A stretch of 64,000 bases of DNA, taken from positions 34,534,001 through 34,598,000 of the forward strand of contig OX597832.1 in NCBI GenBank assembly GCA_951406725.2. Reading direction: 5' to 3'. Shown piece by piece: positions 28,827 to 43,009 of the stretch; position 1 is the stretch's first letter; every line of letters begins with the position of its first letter. The stretch comes from Octopus vulgaris (lineage: Eukaryota). The position numbers and the translations under genes are program-made. The notes beneath the pieces were generated by a model, which worked only from the letters and a program-made list of their open reading frames with translations, was not told the DNA's origin and made no database searches.

Positions 28827-29495
28827 CTTATGCATTATGCATATAGTATTAGCATACGCATATATGCAAATATATATATACATGTATTATATAGTTAGGT
28901 AGGCAGGCATGGTTGTATATAAATGAAAGAAAGAAAGAACATTCACATAAACAATCGAAATTCTTTAAAATATACATTATGGCTGCATCCACCTACTTAC
29001 AGTTGTTTACAGATGTGTATGTGTGTGTGCTTATGTATGCATATATAAATATAATATATATTATACATTATGCGTATACTTATGTAATATATATATATAT
29101 ACACACATATAATGTGTATATTACATATAATGTAATATATATTTATTTATTTACCTATATACATATGTGCGTGTGCATGTATATTTATATCATGTATATT
29201 TATATACGCGTGTATAATGTTGATACCTACATATACACAAAAACACACACACAAATGAAGACCCTGTTTCGTTCATTTTTACTACTACTACTACTACTCC
29301 CTTTTCTTCTACAGAACACTTGTACCTTGCAATGTCACCATAACTATATGAATCTAAAGTCGTAACTCTTCCAAGATATAAACCAATGAAATCCTAAGAA
29401 ACGCGGTCTCAGCTAAAATGTCATTCTATGCAACATAATCTTCTTTACCATTATTTTCCTTGCCCTTGTTCTTCTTCTTCTTCTTCTTCTTCTTC

Positions 29496-29552
<57 letters not shown>

Positions 29553-29553
<1 letters not shown>

Positions 29554-32500
29554 AGACGTCGCACAGTATACAATATGGTGAGGTTGTTCATTGAAGACAT
29601 TGTATCTACCGAGGGTTTGTTCTGTTTGTCAAGTCACAACAAGGACCTCAGACAGACAGTACTTTACGCAATATGCATGCAGTTCAAAGTAAAGCCAACT
29701 TTTGCAATGCATCTAGATTGTAGGGTAGCTCTAAGGTATTCAGATGGGGTTTTTTTCAGATTGGGTGGTTTGAACCTAATGCTCCGATGACAATAAGGTT
29801 AACCTTTATGTTCGACTCTCGTAGCTGCCACATCTTAGCGATCTCGATTCTCAGATCTCCATATTTATCAACTTTCTCTCTTTCTTTAATGATGATGTGT
29901 TGAACTCCTACGTCAATTATTAGGCACTCCTGTTTGGCCAATCTAAAGCCTTCGGTGTTCTAACACTTTGTCTGTCTGGAAATCAAAGTCTCAGAGGATT
30001 TTTGCTTTCCCCTTTTCGTCCATTACCTTTTCCGGTGTATGTTGGTACCAAGCACCCGTAACCTCAGATCCATACTTTCGGCATAGTAGCCGATGGAGGC
30101 TTTGGGCTACTTTGTTGTGTCTATGCTTGCACTCTTTATGCGCAAGACTTTCACAAGCACTAACAATGTGAGTCACACTTTCGACCCTCTTCCCGCACAT
30201 TCTGCAGAGATCCAATACACTTGTATGGTACATATTCTTTTTCAGTGAGTTGGTATTCAATGCCTTGTCCTATGCCGCGAGGATTAAGCTTTTAGTATTC
30301 TTTTTAGGTCACCCTTCTACAGCCACCTCCATGATGCTCCCTGGTCTTTTAATTCGTTGGTTTCACGGTGGAACTGACCATGTAATCCCATACGGAGTAG
30401 GCTTTCTTCTCTTGGTTGTTCTTGTTCGGAATTCATGAGCACTCTCAAGTCCATGTTTGTTAACCCCTTCTGCACTAGCAGCATACTCTAGCAGGTCTTC
30501 TTTGCTGTTTACCAAATATTCTGCCATGTTTCTTCTTTTCTGATTGATGCACTCCCGTACGCTAATCAGCCAACGTCCACCCTTACCTCTCTTCATGTAG
30601 AGCCTGTGTACATTTGCCTTAGGGTGGAGGGCACCACGCATTGTCATTGTCTTTCGGGTAGTTCGATCGAGTTGGTTAATCTCCACTAGTGTCCATCTCA
30701 AGATGGATGCACTATAGCGGATTATAGCAAGAGCCCATATGTTGATGGCGGTCACAAGGTTCCTTGAGTCGGGTTTTGTGGCGCTTGAAATAGCAGTGGT
30801 GACCTTGTCTTTAGTTTCTCTGTACAAGATATTGTCCAGCTCCAGGATCCCAAGGTACTTGTACCCATCATCATCTGGGTCTTCCATTCTCTCTCCGTTT
30901 GGAAATTCTATGCCCCTACAATTTACTCTTTTCCTCCCGCTTCAAAGTAAGCACTGCACACTTCGAGATACTGAATTCCATCCCTATATCCTTACTGCAC
31001 ATTTGCTCAGTCTCAACCAGCCTCTCCATTTCGGCTCTGTTTTTGCGAACAGTTTTAAATCATCCATGAAGAGAAGGTGGTTGAGGCGAGGTCCGTTCTT
31101 TCTCAGTTCATAGTGCACGTTGATTTTATGTGGGATCAAGGCTATAATAAATAACAGAGGTGAACAAGAATCTCCTTGGAAGATACCTCTTTTGATTGTT
31201 ACCTCGGCTAAGTGCTGGTGGTTACAGGAAAGACGTGTTTTCCAACTAGGAATGTTGTTCTTAATCAGTACACACAGCTATTCCACACATGTCGAGTGTT
31301 TCCAAAATCCACGAATGCGGCAACATGTCGTAAGCCTTTTTGAAGTCTATCCAGGCCACGCATAAGTGTTTTCGGTACCGTTTCGTTCTTCATTATAACC
31401 TTCTCTATCACAAGGTGGTCCTTGGTGCCCTTGGATCCTTTTTGGCATCCTTTTTGTTCTACTGGCAGAAGATTGTTTTCTTCAAAGAACGTATATATTT
31501 TCTCTGTGAGAGTACCTATTAATACTTTCCATAGAAGGTTAAGACAAGCTATGGGTTGGTAATTGCCAACCTCATTGCCTTTTGACCGATCTTTCCTTAA
31601 CAATGTTGATCTACCCTCTACCATCCACTCCCGATCTGTACCGTTCTGTTGTCAATTGTCTAATTGCAACTCAATTCTCTTGTGTATTGACTTGAACCAC
31701 TTGAGCCAGTGGATTCCGTCTGGTCCTGCTGCTTTCCAATTTGGCAGTTTTGATATCTGTGCAATGACATCTTCCCTTGTTATGGACACATGGTCCTGTC
31801 GGGGAGCCTCCGAGTGATGGAGTTCTCATCTCACGGAATGAATCCACTCAGCTCTGTGGTTGTACGAAACGTCTTGCACCCAGATGGCAGGTTTCCTCTG
31901 CTTCAGGAGGTGTTTTATCTTCTGTATTTCCTCCTAAGCCCTTAAAAAAACTGCCTCTGGATATTTGAGTATAACCGGTTTTACTGGAACTGCGATATGA
32001 GATCAGTGTAGCGCTGCACCTTAATTTTTTGAGCCCGCATATGTTTTAGTGTTTCGATGGAAGTTTTGAACCTTTCTTTTCTATTTGGTACTTCCTTTTC
32101 CATTTCATTGCCCTTTTGACCACTCTTCTATGCAGCTGAGATCTTTACGCAAAGTTAAAATATCGCCTTCAATTCTCCGCTTCCACTATGGCTACTTTTG
32201 TCCGTCTACTTTCCTCTCTTGCTTTCCAACCAGGTCACCTACTAAAATTGATGCGAATCTGATCAAATCCCTTGTTTCTGTTAGATCTTTTGTCAGAATG
32301 TGTTTCAGAATCTCATCAACTTTTTGGGTCGCACGTTTCACATTGTTAGGTTCGAAGCTTCTTAGATTCACTAACTTGGTCTCTGTTCTTGTAATTCTTA
32401 TATCCTCGAGTCTTTTCCTGAAGTTTCTCAGTTCCTCAGTCATATCCTCTCTTATTTCAGGGTTTTCTACACTACATTGATTGACCGGCCTCTCCTCCAC

Positions 32501-33450
32501 TACAACTTCACTTTGCCGACACATTCGCTGATCTTCAACGTTATTCTACTCGAGATTCTCACCACTACAGAGGCTTTTCCTCATTGTCTGAATCTGGGCC
32601 TCATTAAAAGAGACTCTATTCTGAATTATTCTTATCTGACTTTCAGTAATCTGGAACATACTCAGCTGGTTCCAAAGTTCCAATGATCTTTTTCCGACAG
32701 CTTTACATTTGCCATTGTTCTTGTCTAGCAAGGCTTGTTCATGGCACTGGATTGCCTTTTGGTTCATATCAACAGACCACTTGCGTTGCATATTTTGAAA
32801 AGTACAGGGACTATGTCTTGTTTTATGGTTAGCAGTTGTTGGATTACGACCGGGCCCACCCTACTGTACAGTGGGACATCTGCCGGGTTCGGCACCTTCA
32901 CTGTTTGTTCCAGTCCAGTTCACACCGTTATCGCCATTTATTTTACTTGGCATTTTCACTCCTCAATGTGGTGGGGTTTTTTTAGGTTACTACCAACCAG
33001 TATTTTTATCGAGACATCTCTATCAAGGAAGTCCATCAAGGCGGCATGGTCCTTGCTTCCCTGGTTTGGGGCTTGGAGTGTTCCTTCTCCTGGGCTGCCT
33101 GCCACCCAAGGCTAACGAGTACAGCCTACCCGGAGCACTGGTCATTTGGAGGCGCCAGATATTCGCCTTTTCCCAAACTTCTCCTTTTGATTTCACGTAG
33201 GAGTCGGACTTGACCACTGTGACTAAGGAGTCTTATCTCCACCGGTTTTGAAATCAGAGTATTACTTCTCCTAGACAGACTGCCAACCAAGGCTCTCGAG
33301 TTCTGTTTACCCGTTTTCGGAATGGCCATTGACTCTTTAAGATCCTCTGCCCTTTGTCGGAATTTGCTTTTGGTCCCACAAGGTATCAAAAATCCACCCT
33401 CCTCACTAATCAAGTTTAGTGGGGTTGTTGGTTTAGTCACCGACGAGTCG
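29553..33450 (-). mobile_element. Degenerate near full-length R4/Dong-like LINE (RT + CCHC + restriction-like endonuclease)
   Basis: NYQPIACLNLLWK, EQKGC, GYKYLGILE, LYMKRGKGGR, CRMCGKRVESVTHIVSAC...RHNKV, CLIIDV; 3' end joins (TAA)n at 29497-29552; 5' boundary approximate. Confidence 0.85.
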
Positions 33451-33583
33451 ACACTTTCACAACTCCAATTGTTAAATGATTCTGAATAATTCTCGTTCAC
33501 TTTTATAATTTCCGTATTACTACAATAATCTCTATCTTATTATTTACTTGTTCACTACTATTTACTATTATACTACTATATAC

Positions 33584-33638
<55 letters not shown>

Positions 33639-34191
33639 GAGTGAGAGAGCAGTTCATGCCATCAAAGTGAGACTGGGGTAAAATATACGAAACCCAGTAT
33701 ACTCATTATGACTACCCGTCTGATAAGGGTGCACCAGGCACGTGCATCACAACCATATGTGCGCGACATGGTGATCTCATATCAAGATAAACCGCACATG
33801 ACCTTGTAGGTGGGGCCCAGTTAGAATTTTCTTCTGGTCGAATAACCCACCCCGCTCAAAATGTCCCTGAATAAGGATTGTTTAAGGATGTTGAACGAAA
33901 CACCCATGTTTCCAGAAGTGAATTATTCAAACCCCAAAGAATCCCTCTCAACACATCACTATGATGCTCTCCCACTACTTCTGCTCGTGATCAGAGATGC
34001 ACATAACGTCAGCCATTAAGGGACATGCTCAACTGGTTATGGTCAAACAACTGACAGGCAAATCTGTGGTATTGAGCAGAATATTTGCTGTAGCCCATCT
34101 TTTATACCAAGACAAAACATGTACATGGTAACACTTCCAATGAGTTAAGATCAGAAGCCATGAGAACCAGTGTCTGGTATTGCATCAGGGC

Positions 34192-34192
<1 letters not shown>
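33639..34192. mobile_element. ~550-bp dispersed non-coding repeat flanked by (TTA)n
   Basis: Clear homologues at 40368-40748 (internally deleted) and 40759-41243. Confidence 0.8.
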
Positions 34193-34233
<41 letters not shown>

Positions 34234-34286
34234 CATCATCATTATTGTTATTATTATTATTATTATTGTTATTATTATTATTATTC

Positions 34287-34497
34287 GCTGGCAGAATTAT
34301 GAGAGCGTTGGAAAAAACTGTTTTATGTTACTTGTTCTAGTTCTTTACATTCCGAGTTCAAATTCCGTTAATGCCATCTTTACCTTTCATCCTTTCGGAG
34401 GTCTATAAAATAAAGTACATGCCATGTACTGGGGTCAATATCATTAAATTTTTCCCTCCCCTCAAAATTGCCGATATTGTGCCCAAATTAGAAAACA
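34287..34497 (+). mobile_element. SINE family 2, degenerate copy
   Basis: gctggcagaat...gagttcaaattcc...cctttcatcctttcgg, shared with 39794, 40005 and 43010. Confidence 0.6.
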
Positions 34498-35024
34498 TTA
34501 TCATAATCATTATTAAAATTATTACATGATATTTTAAATTAGCTGCATCAATTAGTACAGAAGTTTGGTGAAAACATGTCTCCTCAACCCTCAAGAAGCC
34601 ATCTTAGGATTCTTGCAGAATACAAGACTGCATTTTTCTGCCGCTCGACAAATGCGAGTTTGAATTCCAGCATTGTTCCGTTTTCCCTGTAGCAGTAGCA
34701 GAATGGCTGTTGTGCTAAGTGCACTTACACCCCTTTCTTTTATCGTATTTCGGTAGGCACGCTTCTGTAATAGCATTCAGTCACATTCCTATAGTTGTTT
34801 TGGGACCATCTTCTCTTAAACTTTGCATAACGACTAGCCCATCCAACTGTATAGTGAAACACTTGCCGGATAAGAGATTCTGCTTGGAGATCCGGCCTCA
34901 TAAACACAGTTGAGGTACCATTTGCCGTATTGAGGTGTTACATATACCGATGCTTATCAAAACTATCAACTCTCGGTTGTTGCCAACCAAAGTTCCAGAG
35001 ACTTTCATTCTTTACTATTTACAA

Positions 35025-35248
35025 TACTCTTTTACTCTTACTTGATTCAGTCATGTGACTGCAGCCGTGCTGAAGCACCGCCTTTAGTCGAGCAAATCGG
35101 CCCGAGGACTTATTCTTTGTAAGCCTAGTACTTATCCTATCGGTCTCTTTTTCCGAACCGCTAAGTTACGGGGACGTAAACACACCAGCATCTGTTGTCA
35201 AGCGATATTGGGGGGGGGACAAACACAGGCACACAAACATATACACAC

Positions 35249-35304
<56 letters not shown>

Positions 35305-35421
35305 CACAGGTTTCTTTCAGTTTCCGTCTACCAAATCCACTCACATGACTTTGGTCGGCCCGAGGCTATAGTAGAAGGCACTTGCCCAAGGTACCACGCA
35401 GTGGGACTGAACCCGGAACCA
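35025..35421 (-). mobile_element. tRNA-derived SINE family 1, 5'-truncated
   Basis: Reverse complement of the 62398-62808 element, including LINE-like tail and (AAGAGTA) repeat. Confidence 0.88.
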
Positions 35422-37134
35422 TATACAATAAAGCTTTCATTCGGTTTCGTAGTAATCCACTAAAATGTCCCCTTTCTCAGTTGGGTCATTAATAACAAGG
35501 ATGGCCTGTTATCACCATTGTTGCTGTTGTTGATGTTACTTAACCTTAGCTTAGTGCTGTGTAGCTGGCCCCTAATCAAAGGCGTTTCATTTTCAGATAT
35601 CGGAAAGGATTACTTTTCCTTCATGTGTCTCTCCTAATTCTAAAGACGTTGATGTGTGATTGTGATGCTCACTTAGGCTCCTAATTCTAACAGATCGAAA
35701 GACTACATAGAGGATCCATCGATAAATGTTTTGCCTTTGTTGTTGCATAACCCAAGTCTGAGTTGATAGAATCTACATTTAGTTTGTTGCCATTCCGTTC
35801 GTTCTCTCAGACATAATTGAACAACTCCATTATTCATCCTCTTTCGAGTATTTGTTTCCTTCTGTTTATTATTACATCATTCAATGTAATCTTCTTATTT
35901 TTAAGACATACGGTGTGATTTCAAAGAACATTGCTACTATTTCTAGCAAGTTGTACGACCACGTAAAGAGTTCCGCGTTGATTCATCTTTTCTTTTGGGG
36001 ATTCTTCTTGAAAACGTCAAACCATTTCCTTTATATATTTTTTTTTCCTTTTTTTTTTTTTGGCTTTTCTTTTCGGAACAGCATCCTTGTCTGTTTTATT
36101 TAATCAAGTGTTGTGCCTTTCCAAGAAAACTTTGCATTCATCACATTTCGGCGATTCTAGAACGAATGAAAACCAATTCCATTATTCACAACGACAACGA
36201 CGGCTACGAGATCTCCAAGTCAGATATTATCTGTTTGATGAATAGCTGCAGCGGGAAAAACAGAAGCTGATTTAATTCAAATCGGAAAAGTTCTGGCAGA
36301 GAACAATGGAAGATTTCAGGTGCCAGCGATATAGCGTATTGATTCCTCAATAAAAGGCGGCTCGGCGGAGCGACGGTGGGGAGTTCAAAGTGTCAGTGTC
36401 GATGTCAGATACAGAACAGTGCTTAACTAAAGGCTTTATACTATTTTAGTTAGAAACATCAAGGTTCTGAGTTCGAATTCATCTGTGGTCGATATTGTCT
36501 TTCAACTCACCCACTCGCTTTCTTGATATTAACCAATAAAGAAACCGCTATATTACTGCTTTTAAACCTTTTGGGGGATTCAACATCGTCTTTCAGTGAA
36601 TAGTGTATTACAGAGGCCCTCTTCGCATGTTTTGCAAAACTAAAAAAATAAAACTCTATGTGGCTCAGAAGCTCACTTTGCTGCCACGTGGTTTCAGATT
36701 CAGTCCCACTGTCCAGCACCATCGGCATATAAACCTGGACTGACGAATATCTTGCGAATGAATCCGGTAAACGAAACTTGTCCTATATAGCTACATCAAA
36801 CTCCATTCTTCACCAAGTGCCACATATTGAAGGAGACCCTCATTAATAACTGTAGCAAAACGGCAGTGCATCAGCATGGTCGCAGCTCTGAGCTGAAACT
36901 ACAGAGAAAAAAACATATAATTTCACTAGAAGCGATAAATAACCGGACTCAAACCGAGCTGTGTTTCTATTTTGAAATATTCATTCTTTGCATATTTTTT
37001 CGAATTACAAAATGAACCCTTAAGACAAAACACTAGGCCTTATGTTCTTTTATTCAAAACAACCTCTATAAACATAAGGATACGCATTTTTTTTTCAAGT
37101 TTCATTTCATATTTCAGGTGATGGCCGATAAGAT

Positions 37135-37355
37135 ACATATGCGTCTGTGTGTTTGTGTTTTTCATCTCCCCACCGCTTGAAAACTACTGTTTGTTTATTT
37201 ATGTTTCCGTAACTTATAGAGTGTTCATGAAAAGAAATCCATGGAACAAGCACTCGACGTCAAAAACAAATCCATAATTACTGCGGTCGATTTGTTCAAC
37301 TAAAACTCTTCAAGGTGGTGCTCCATTATGGCCGCAGTTCAATGACTGAAATAAA
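37135..37355 (+). mobile_element. SINE family 1, degenerate 3' half
   Basis: aaggtggtgctccattatggccgcagttcaatgactgaaa tail. Confidence 0.65.
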
Positions 37356-38018
37356 TAAATGAGATAAAATAGATTTATCTGAAATAGATTTACTTGAAAT
37401 AAATAAATACAATACGATAAAAGATAGGTGCTAATTTTGAGCTGTTGTTTATAGATATTTGCATAGAATGGCCCCTATGTTAAAACTTTTTATGAGCATT
37501 ACTAAAGAAGAGGAATACTTAGATAACGAAATTTTATTGGACATTAGTTCATCATTAGATGTTTCTGCTCACTGAAAGCACATCTAACTCTGATATACTC
37601 ATTTTCTAAGACCAAACAAAATCGGTGAGTTGGCTGAGTTGCGAGTGACGAAAATGTTGCCTTAGTGGTATTTGTTTTGGCTCTTCATTTCCCGAGTTCA
37701 AATCCCGATGAGATCAACTATGTCTTTCATCCTTTCCACTGTGATAAAGTACAATAAACTACCAAAAACCGTTAAATTCACTTCAACAATTAAACGTAAT
37801 TTACCAAAATATTTTCGTTGCTTTGAGACCGCAACCTGTTCACTGACAAAATTCCGTTCTGTTACGTATTAAAGAAATAAATGCAGATCTGGATAATTTA
37901 ATCTTAGAACTCGCTGAAATGACCAGATTATATAGTCGAAGATGCACAGATTATATAGTCAAGGATTATATAGTGTGCATCCTCGACTATATACATGTAT
38001 ACACACACACACACATAT

Positions 38019-38345
38019 TATCTTTTATTTGCTTCAGTCACTAGCCAGCAGCCATTCTGGAGCACCACTTTGAAAGGGGTTTTTATTTTCTATGTATCAC
38101 TTGCCAAGCCACTGAGGTTAAGTTAGGGGGACGTCAACAAACCAATACCAGTTGTCGAGCAGTGGAGTAAGGAAAACAAAAGCACACTCACACATGAACA
38201 CCTATACTCTTGCACACACACACACACACGCACACACACATGCACACACACACACACATATATCCGTCGGGTTTCTACAGCGATTTTGCTTTTCATATTA
38301 ACTCAGATAGCATTGGTCTATCCAGTGCTATAGAGGAACACAATT
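38019..38345 (-). mobile_element. SINE family 1, degenerate copy
   Basis: ttcagtca...gccattctggagcacca tail and ggggacgtcaacaaacca body. Confidence 0.6.
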
Positions 38346-38697
38346 GGAAAAGGTGCCGCGAAACTAACAAAAAAGGGCGGAATGATTGTATCTGGATTGA
38401 CGGGTGCATGATCTGTGCGATCTGCACGAACATATAGCTCGACTTAATCTACAATAGCGAAGATTTTACACACGATATTCACAAACCTCGGGACTAAAGA
38501 AACGAAACGAACTTAGAAGTAAAAAAAAAACCCTAATTTAACGGAAAAAGCATATAGCAAAACCTTGACATATTTTTGTAATTGTAGAGATTTTGTGGTT
38601 TCCTTTTTGTCTACACGTTCTCCCACAATCAAAGTTAGTCATCAACGGAATAATGACGATAATTACCCATTCAGCATTACAGTGAACCACGAAGAAT

Positions 38698-38742
<45 letters not shown>

Positions 38743-38921
38743 GAGCTTTAAATATAAAAAAATTTAGTTCGAAATGGATTTTCAATAATTTCGATCTATA
38801 TTTTAGATGGTTAACACAATATATTTATGTCTATGTGTATCTGAGTGTTGGTGTAGATACCTAGATATAGTTACCTGCCTTGCCATGTATGTATGTGTGT
38901 ATGTATGTATGCATGTATGTA

Positions 38922-39281
38922 TGTATAAAGGACTGTGTCAAGTCCTCATTAAAGGCCTGTGATATGCGGACACTGACTGGGAGGAGAATGCCTGTCATCG
39001 CCACAGATGGAGGAAGCAGGTTAAGGAGGGGATCAACACTTTTGAGAGAGCACGTATCCAGCATGAAGAACTTAAGCGAGCTGCGCGAAAGCACGCGGCT
39101 CGTATAGTGAATGGGGAAAACTTGGTCTGCAATGTGTGCAGTGGTGTATGCTTGTCAAGAGCAGGGCTCATTAGCCACCAACGGAGCCGCAAATGCAAAA
39201 TATAAGTTAGTCCTCGGGCACACAATGTTCCTGAACGTCGGCAATGGTCTTCCTCGGTCACGAGTGGACGGCCATCATCAT
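38922..39281 (+). mobile_element. RTE-clade LINE 3' fragment in (TATG)n
   Basis: KDCVKSSLKAC...RWRKQVKEG...VCNVCSGVCLSRAGLISHQRS C-terminus; short (CAT)n tail. Confidence 0.75.
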
Positions 39282-39395
39282 GTATGTATGTATGTATGTA
39301 TGAATATTCACAGTAAATTATCAGTTAACGAAATTACTGTTTCATATTTTCTTAGGCTTAGCTCGTAGAAACTTCATCATACTTCTCTCTCTCTA

Positions 39396-39461
<66 letters not shown>

Positions 39462-39662
39462 GGTCTGTCTGTCTGTCCAGTGCTGTGCAGTAAATGAGTG
39501 CATGTGAATTAAATCGTATAAAATATGGCTGCACTATTAATGCAGCCTGGGTTACCCCTTTCCTTTTTTATGTGAGTTTTGTTAGTCTGGCCGAATTTAT
39601 TTATTTATTTATCATCATTATTATTATCGTTAGTAGTTGTGGTGATTATAGTAGTGGTAGTG

Positions 39663-39715
<53 letters not shown>

Positions 39716-39793
39716 TGCAGCAGCAGCACGCTCTGTCTCGTGTTTTGTAATATAACATCCGCACTAGTTTCTTCTTCTTTATTTATTCATTTG

Positions 39794-40200
39794 GGCGGCG
39801 AGCTTGCTGAGTCGTTAGAGCATCTGTAAAAATGAATTGCAATATTTGCTTCAGCTCTTTACGTTCTGAGTTCAACTCACGCCAACGTCAGTTTGCTTTT
39901 CATTCTTCCAGAGACAATAAAGTAACAGTGATGTACCTAGATCGTTGTGGTCGACTTTCTTTTACCCTTCAAAATTGCTGGCCTCAAGGCTGCAAGATGA
40001 GAGAATCGTTAGCACACCTGGAAAAATGAGAGAATCGTTAGCACACCTGGAAAAATGCTTAGCGGCATTTCCTCCATCATTACGTTCTCAGTTCATATTC
40101 CACCCAGGTCGATTTTGCCTTTCAGCCTTTTGGGTTCGATAAAATAAGTACAAATTCAGTCCATCCCCCCAAATCTCAGGTCTTGTGCCTTTTGTAGAAA
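39794..40200 (+). mobile_element. Two adjacent degenerate SINE family 2 copies
   Basis: ggcggcgagct head, acgttctgagttca box twice; 30-bp local duplication at ~39997-40056. Confidence 0.65.
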
Positions 40201-40230
40201 TAATAATAATAATAATAATAATTATTATTA

Positions 40231-40261
<31 letters not shown>

Positions 40262-40367
40262 TATTATTATTGTTGTTGTTGTTGTTATCATCATCATCAT
40301 CATTATTATCACCATCATCAGCATTATTATTATTATTATTATTACTATGATTATTATTATTATTATT

Positions 40368-41243
40368 GAGTGAGAGAGCAGTGCATGCCACTAAAGTAAC
40401 ACTGGGGCACAAATATACGAAGCCCAGTATAAGGGTTGTTTAAGAATGTTGAACGAAGCACCCATGTTTCCAGAGGTGAATTATTCAAACCCCAAAGAAT
40501 CCCTCTCAACACATGGCTATGATGCTCTCTCCATATTTCTGCTCGTGGTCAGAGATGCACATATCGTCAGCCATCGAGGGACATGCTCAACTAGTTAAGA
40601 TCAAACAACTAACAAGTAAATCTGTGGCATTGAGCAGAATATTTGATGTAGCTCTTCTTTTATACCATACAAAACATGTACATGAATACACTTCCAATCA
40701 GTTAATATAAGAAGCCATGAGAGTTAGTGCCTGGTACTGCATCTGGGTAATTATTATTGAGTAACAGAGTACTGCATGCCATCAAAGTGACATTGAGGAA
40801 TAAATATACGAGGCCCAATATACACATCATGACTACCCATCTGATAAGGGTATATCAGGCACATGCATCACAACCATATATGCATGACATGGTGATCTCA
40901 TATCAAGATAAACAGCGCAAGGCCTTGTAGGTGGTGACCCAGTTAGAATTTACTTCAGGCTGAGTAGCCCAACCTGCTCGAAAGGTTCCTGAATAAGGGT
41001 TGTTTAAGGATGTTGAACTAAACACCCATGTTTCCAGAGGTGAATTATTCAGACCCTAAAGGCTATGATGCTCCCCTATCCATGGTTATGATGCTCCTCT
41101 ACTACATATGCACATATCGGTAGCCAAGAAATATGCTCGACTGGTTAAGGTCAAACACCTGGCAAGCAAATCTGTGGTATTGAGCAGAATATTTGCTGTA
41201 GCCCATCTTTTATACCAAGGCAAAACGATGTACATGATAACAT
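40368..41243. mobile_element. Two further copies of the ~550-bp (TTA)n-associated repeat
   Basis: Both start gagt..agag...catgcca..aaagt and share cacccatgtttccagaggtgaattattc with 33639-34192. Confidence 0.8.
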
Positions 41244-41807
41244 TTCCAAGATTTTTACTCACTGTTCCCAGAGCTCCGACAATTATTGGTACTAGTTTCC
41301 ACCTTTTTCAGCGACCACAACTGCTTAACCTCCCAAGCTAACCTGTTATATCTATCGGCTTTTCTTTCTTCCTTATCGCATGCCTTGTTGTCAGCTGGGC
41401 ATGTTATATCTATGATCCAGCATCGTTTGCTTTCTTTCTCAATTAATACTACGTCTTGTTTCCTATTCTCTATGTCATGGTCGCACTGAATCATAAAATC
41501 CCATAGGTTCTTTGCATTATCATTTTCAATGATGCCTTCGGATTCATGTTCGTACAACTTTTTTGTTCAGTTAAGTCCGAATTTGTTGCAAAGTGTCCAA
41601 TGGACAATTCTTGTTATATTGTTATAACGTCACTTATATTCTTTTTGGGCTAGTGGCGTACATCGACTGCTAATATGCCATATGGTTTAACCATTTTGTC
41701 CACAAATTCTGCACTTATCACTTTCTGGTGTGTTGTCTATTCTGTATTTGAAGTAATTCGTTCTTAATGCTTGCTCTTGGGCAGCACAGATAAGAGCCTC
41801 CGTATTG

Positions 41808-41810
<3 letters not shown>
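41244..41810 (-). mobile_element. R4/Dong-like LINE C-terminal fragment
   Basis: TEALICAAQEQALRTN, KCRICG, LWDFMIQCDH..ENRKQDVV, IIDITCP; adjoins (TAA)n. Confidence 0.82.
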
Positions 41811-41838
<28 letters not shown>

Positions 41839-43009
41839 GATATATCTTTATTTCTATTATTACTGCTATTATATACAACGACTACACACAGTGAATTTCG
41901 ACAATGCACTCTTGTAGCATCATATTCGTGTCTTTAGAGCAGAGTTTTTTTCCCCAAAAGAATACAGTCACGACTTCTTAGCAAGCCATTCCACTGTTTT
42001 TCGCCATTTTTCAAAGTTTCTACATCAAAAATTATATTTTCGTTTGTCATTTTTGCATTATGTTCTTTACATTTTACAAATATTTTTTTTCTTACTTTAA
42101 TTAGTAAAATGATATTTGAAGACGAAAACTAAATATTTTTAGTCTTCCATCATTTTGTGATTTTGTCAAATGTCTTGAATGTTTTACTGCTTTGTGTTTC
42201 TGTGCGTGTGTTGTACATGCATGTACACACACACACGCACACACACACACACGCACACACACACACACACACATGAATCCATGATTTTAAGCATATATGT
42301 GTATGTATGTGTGTATATATATATGTATATATACATACATACATATATATATACACATATGCTTGTATGTGTGTGTGTATGTGAGTGTATTCATATATCT
42401 GCAAAGATGCATATATATATAGTGTTATATATATATATATATCACATATGTAAAAATGTATTTATACATACGTATACATATTTAGATGCGTATACATATA
42501 TGCATACATATGTGTACATAACAAAATATTTTCATGTATGTGTGCATATATATATATAAGGATATGTATATGGATGCGTATTTATTGTACATATATATTT
42601 ACAAATAAATCTATATCAACATATCTATAATTTACAACTATATACATACGTTAAAAAAACATATATACACATATACATTATAAAACGTTATACTTATATA
42701 TCTGTGTGTGTAATATATCTTATATATCTTATGCATGCATATGTGTACATTAACATACACGTACGTACGTCTATGTATGTATGTATGTATGTATGTATGT
42801 ATGTATGTATGTATGTAGGTATGTATGTATGTGTGTGTGTATGTATCTGCGTATGTCTATGCTCACATTTCGAAATTGGAAAAATTAATGGAACCTCAAT
42901 ATTTTAGAATTTAAGGCATCCAAGATAGCTTTTCACATAATATAGAATATTTTTAACAATGGCAAATTTTGCTGTAAGTATGAAATATATACAATATCTT
43001 ATTATTTAA

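Noticed and set aside
33038-33075. ggcggcatggtcc resembling the HDV ribozyme 5' end
   Set aside because: Antisense to the LINE and the nested pseudoknot could not be completed
35995-36420. Possible host exon or enhancer in non-repetitive sequence
   Set aside because: No recognisable protein motif or supported splice pair
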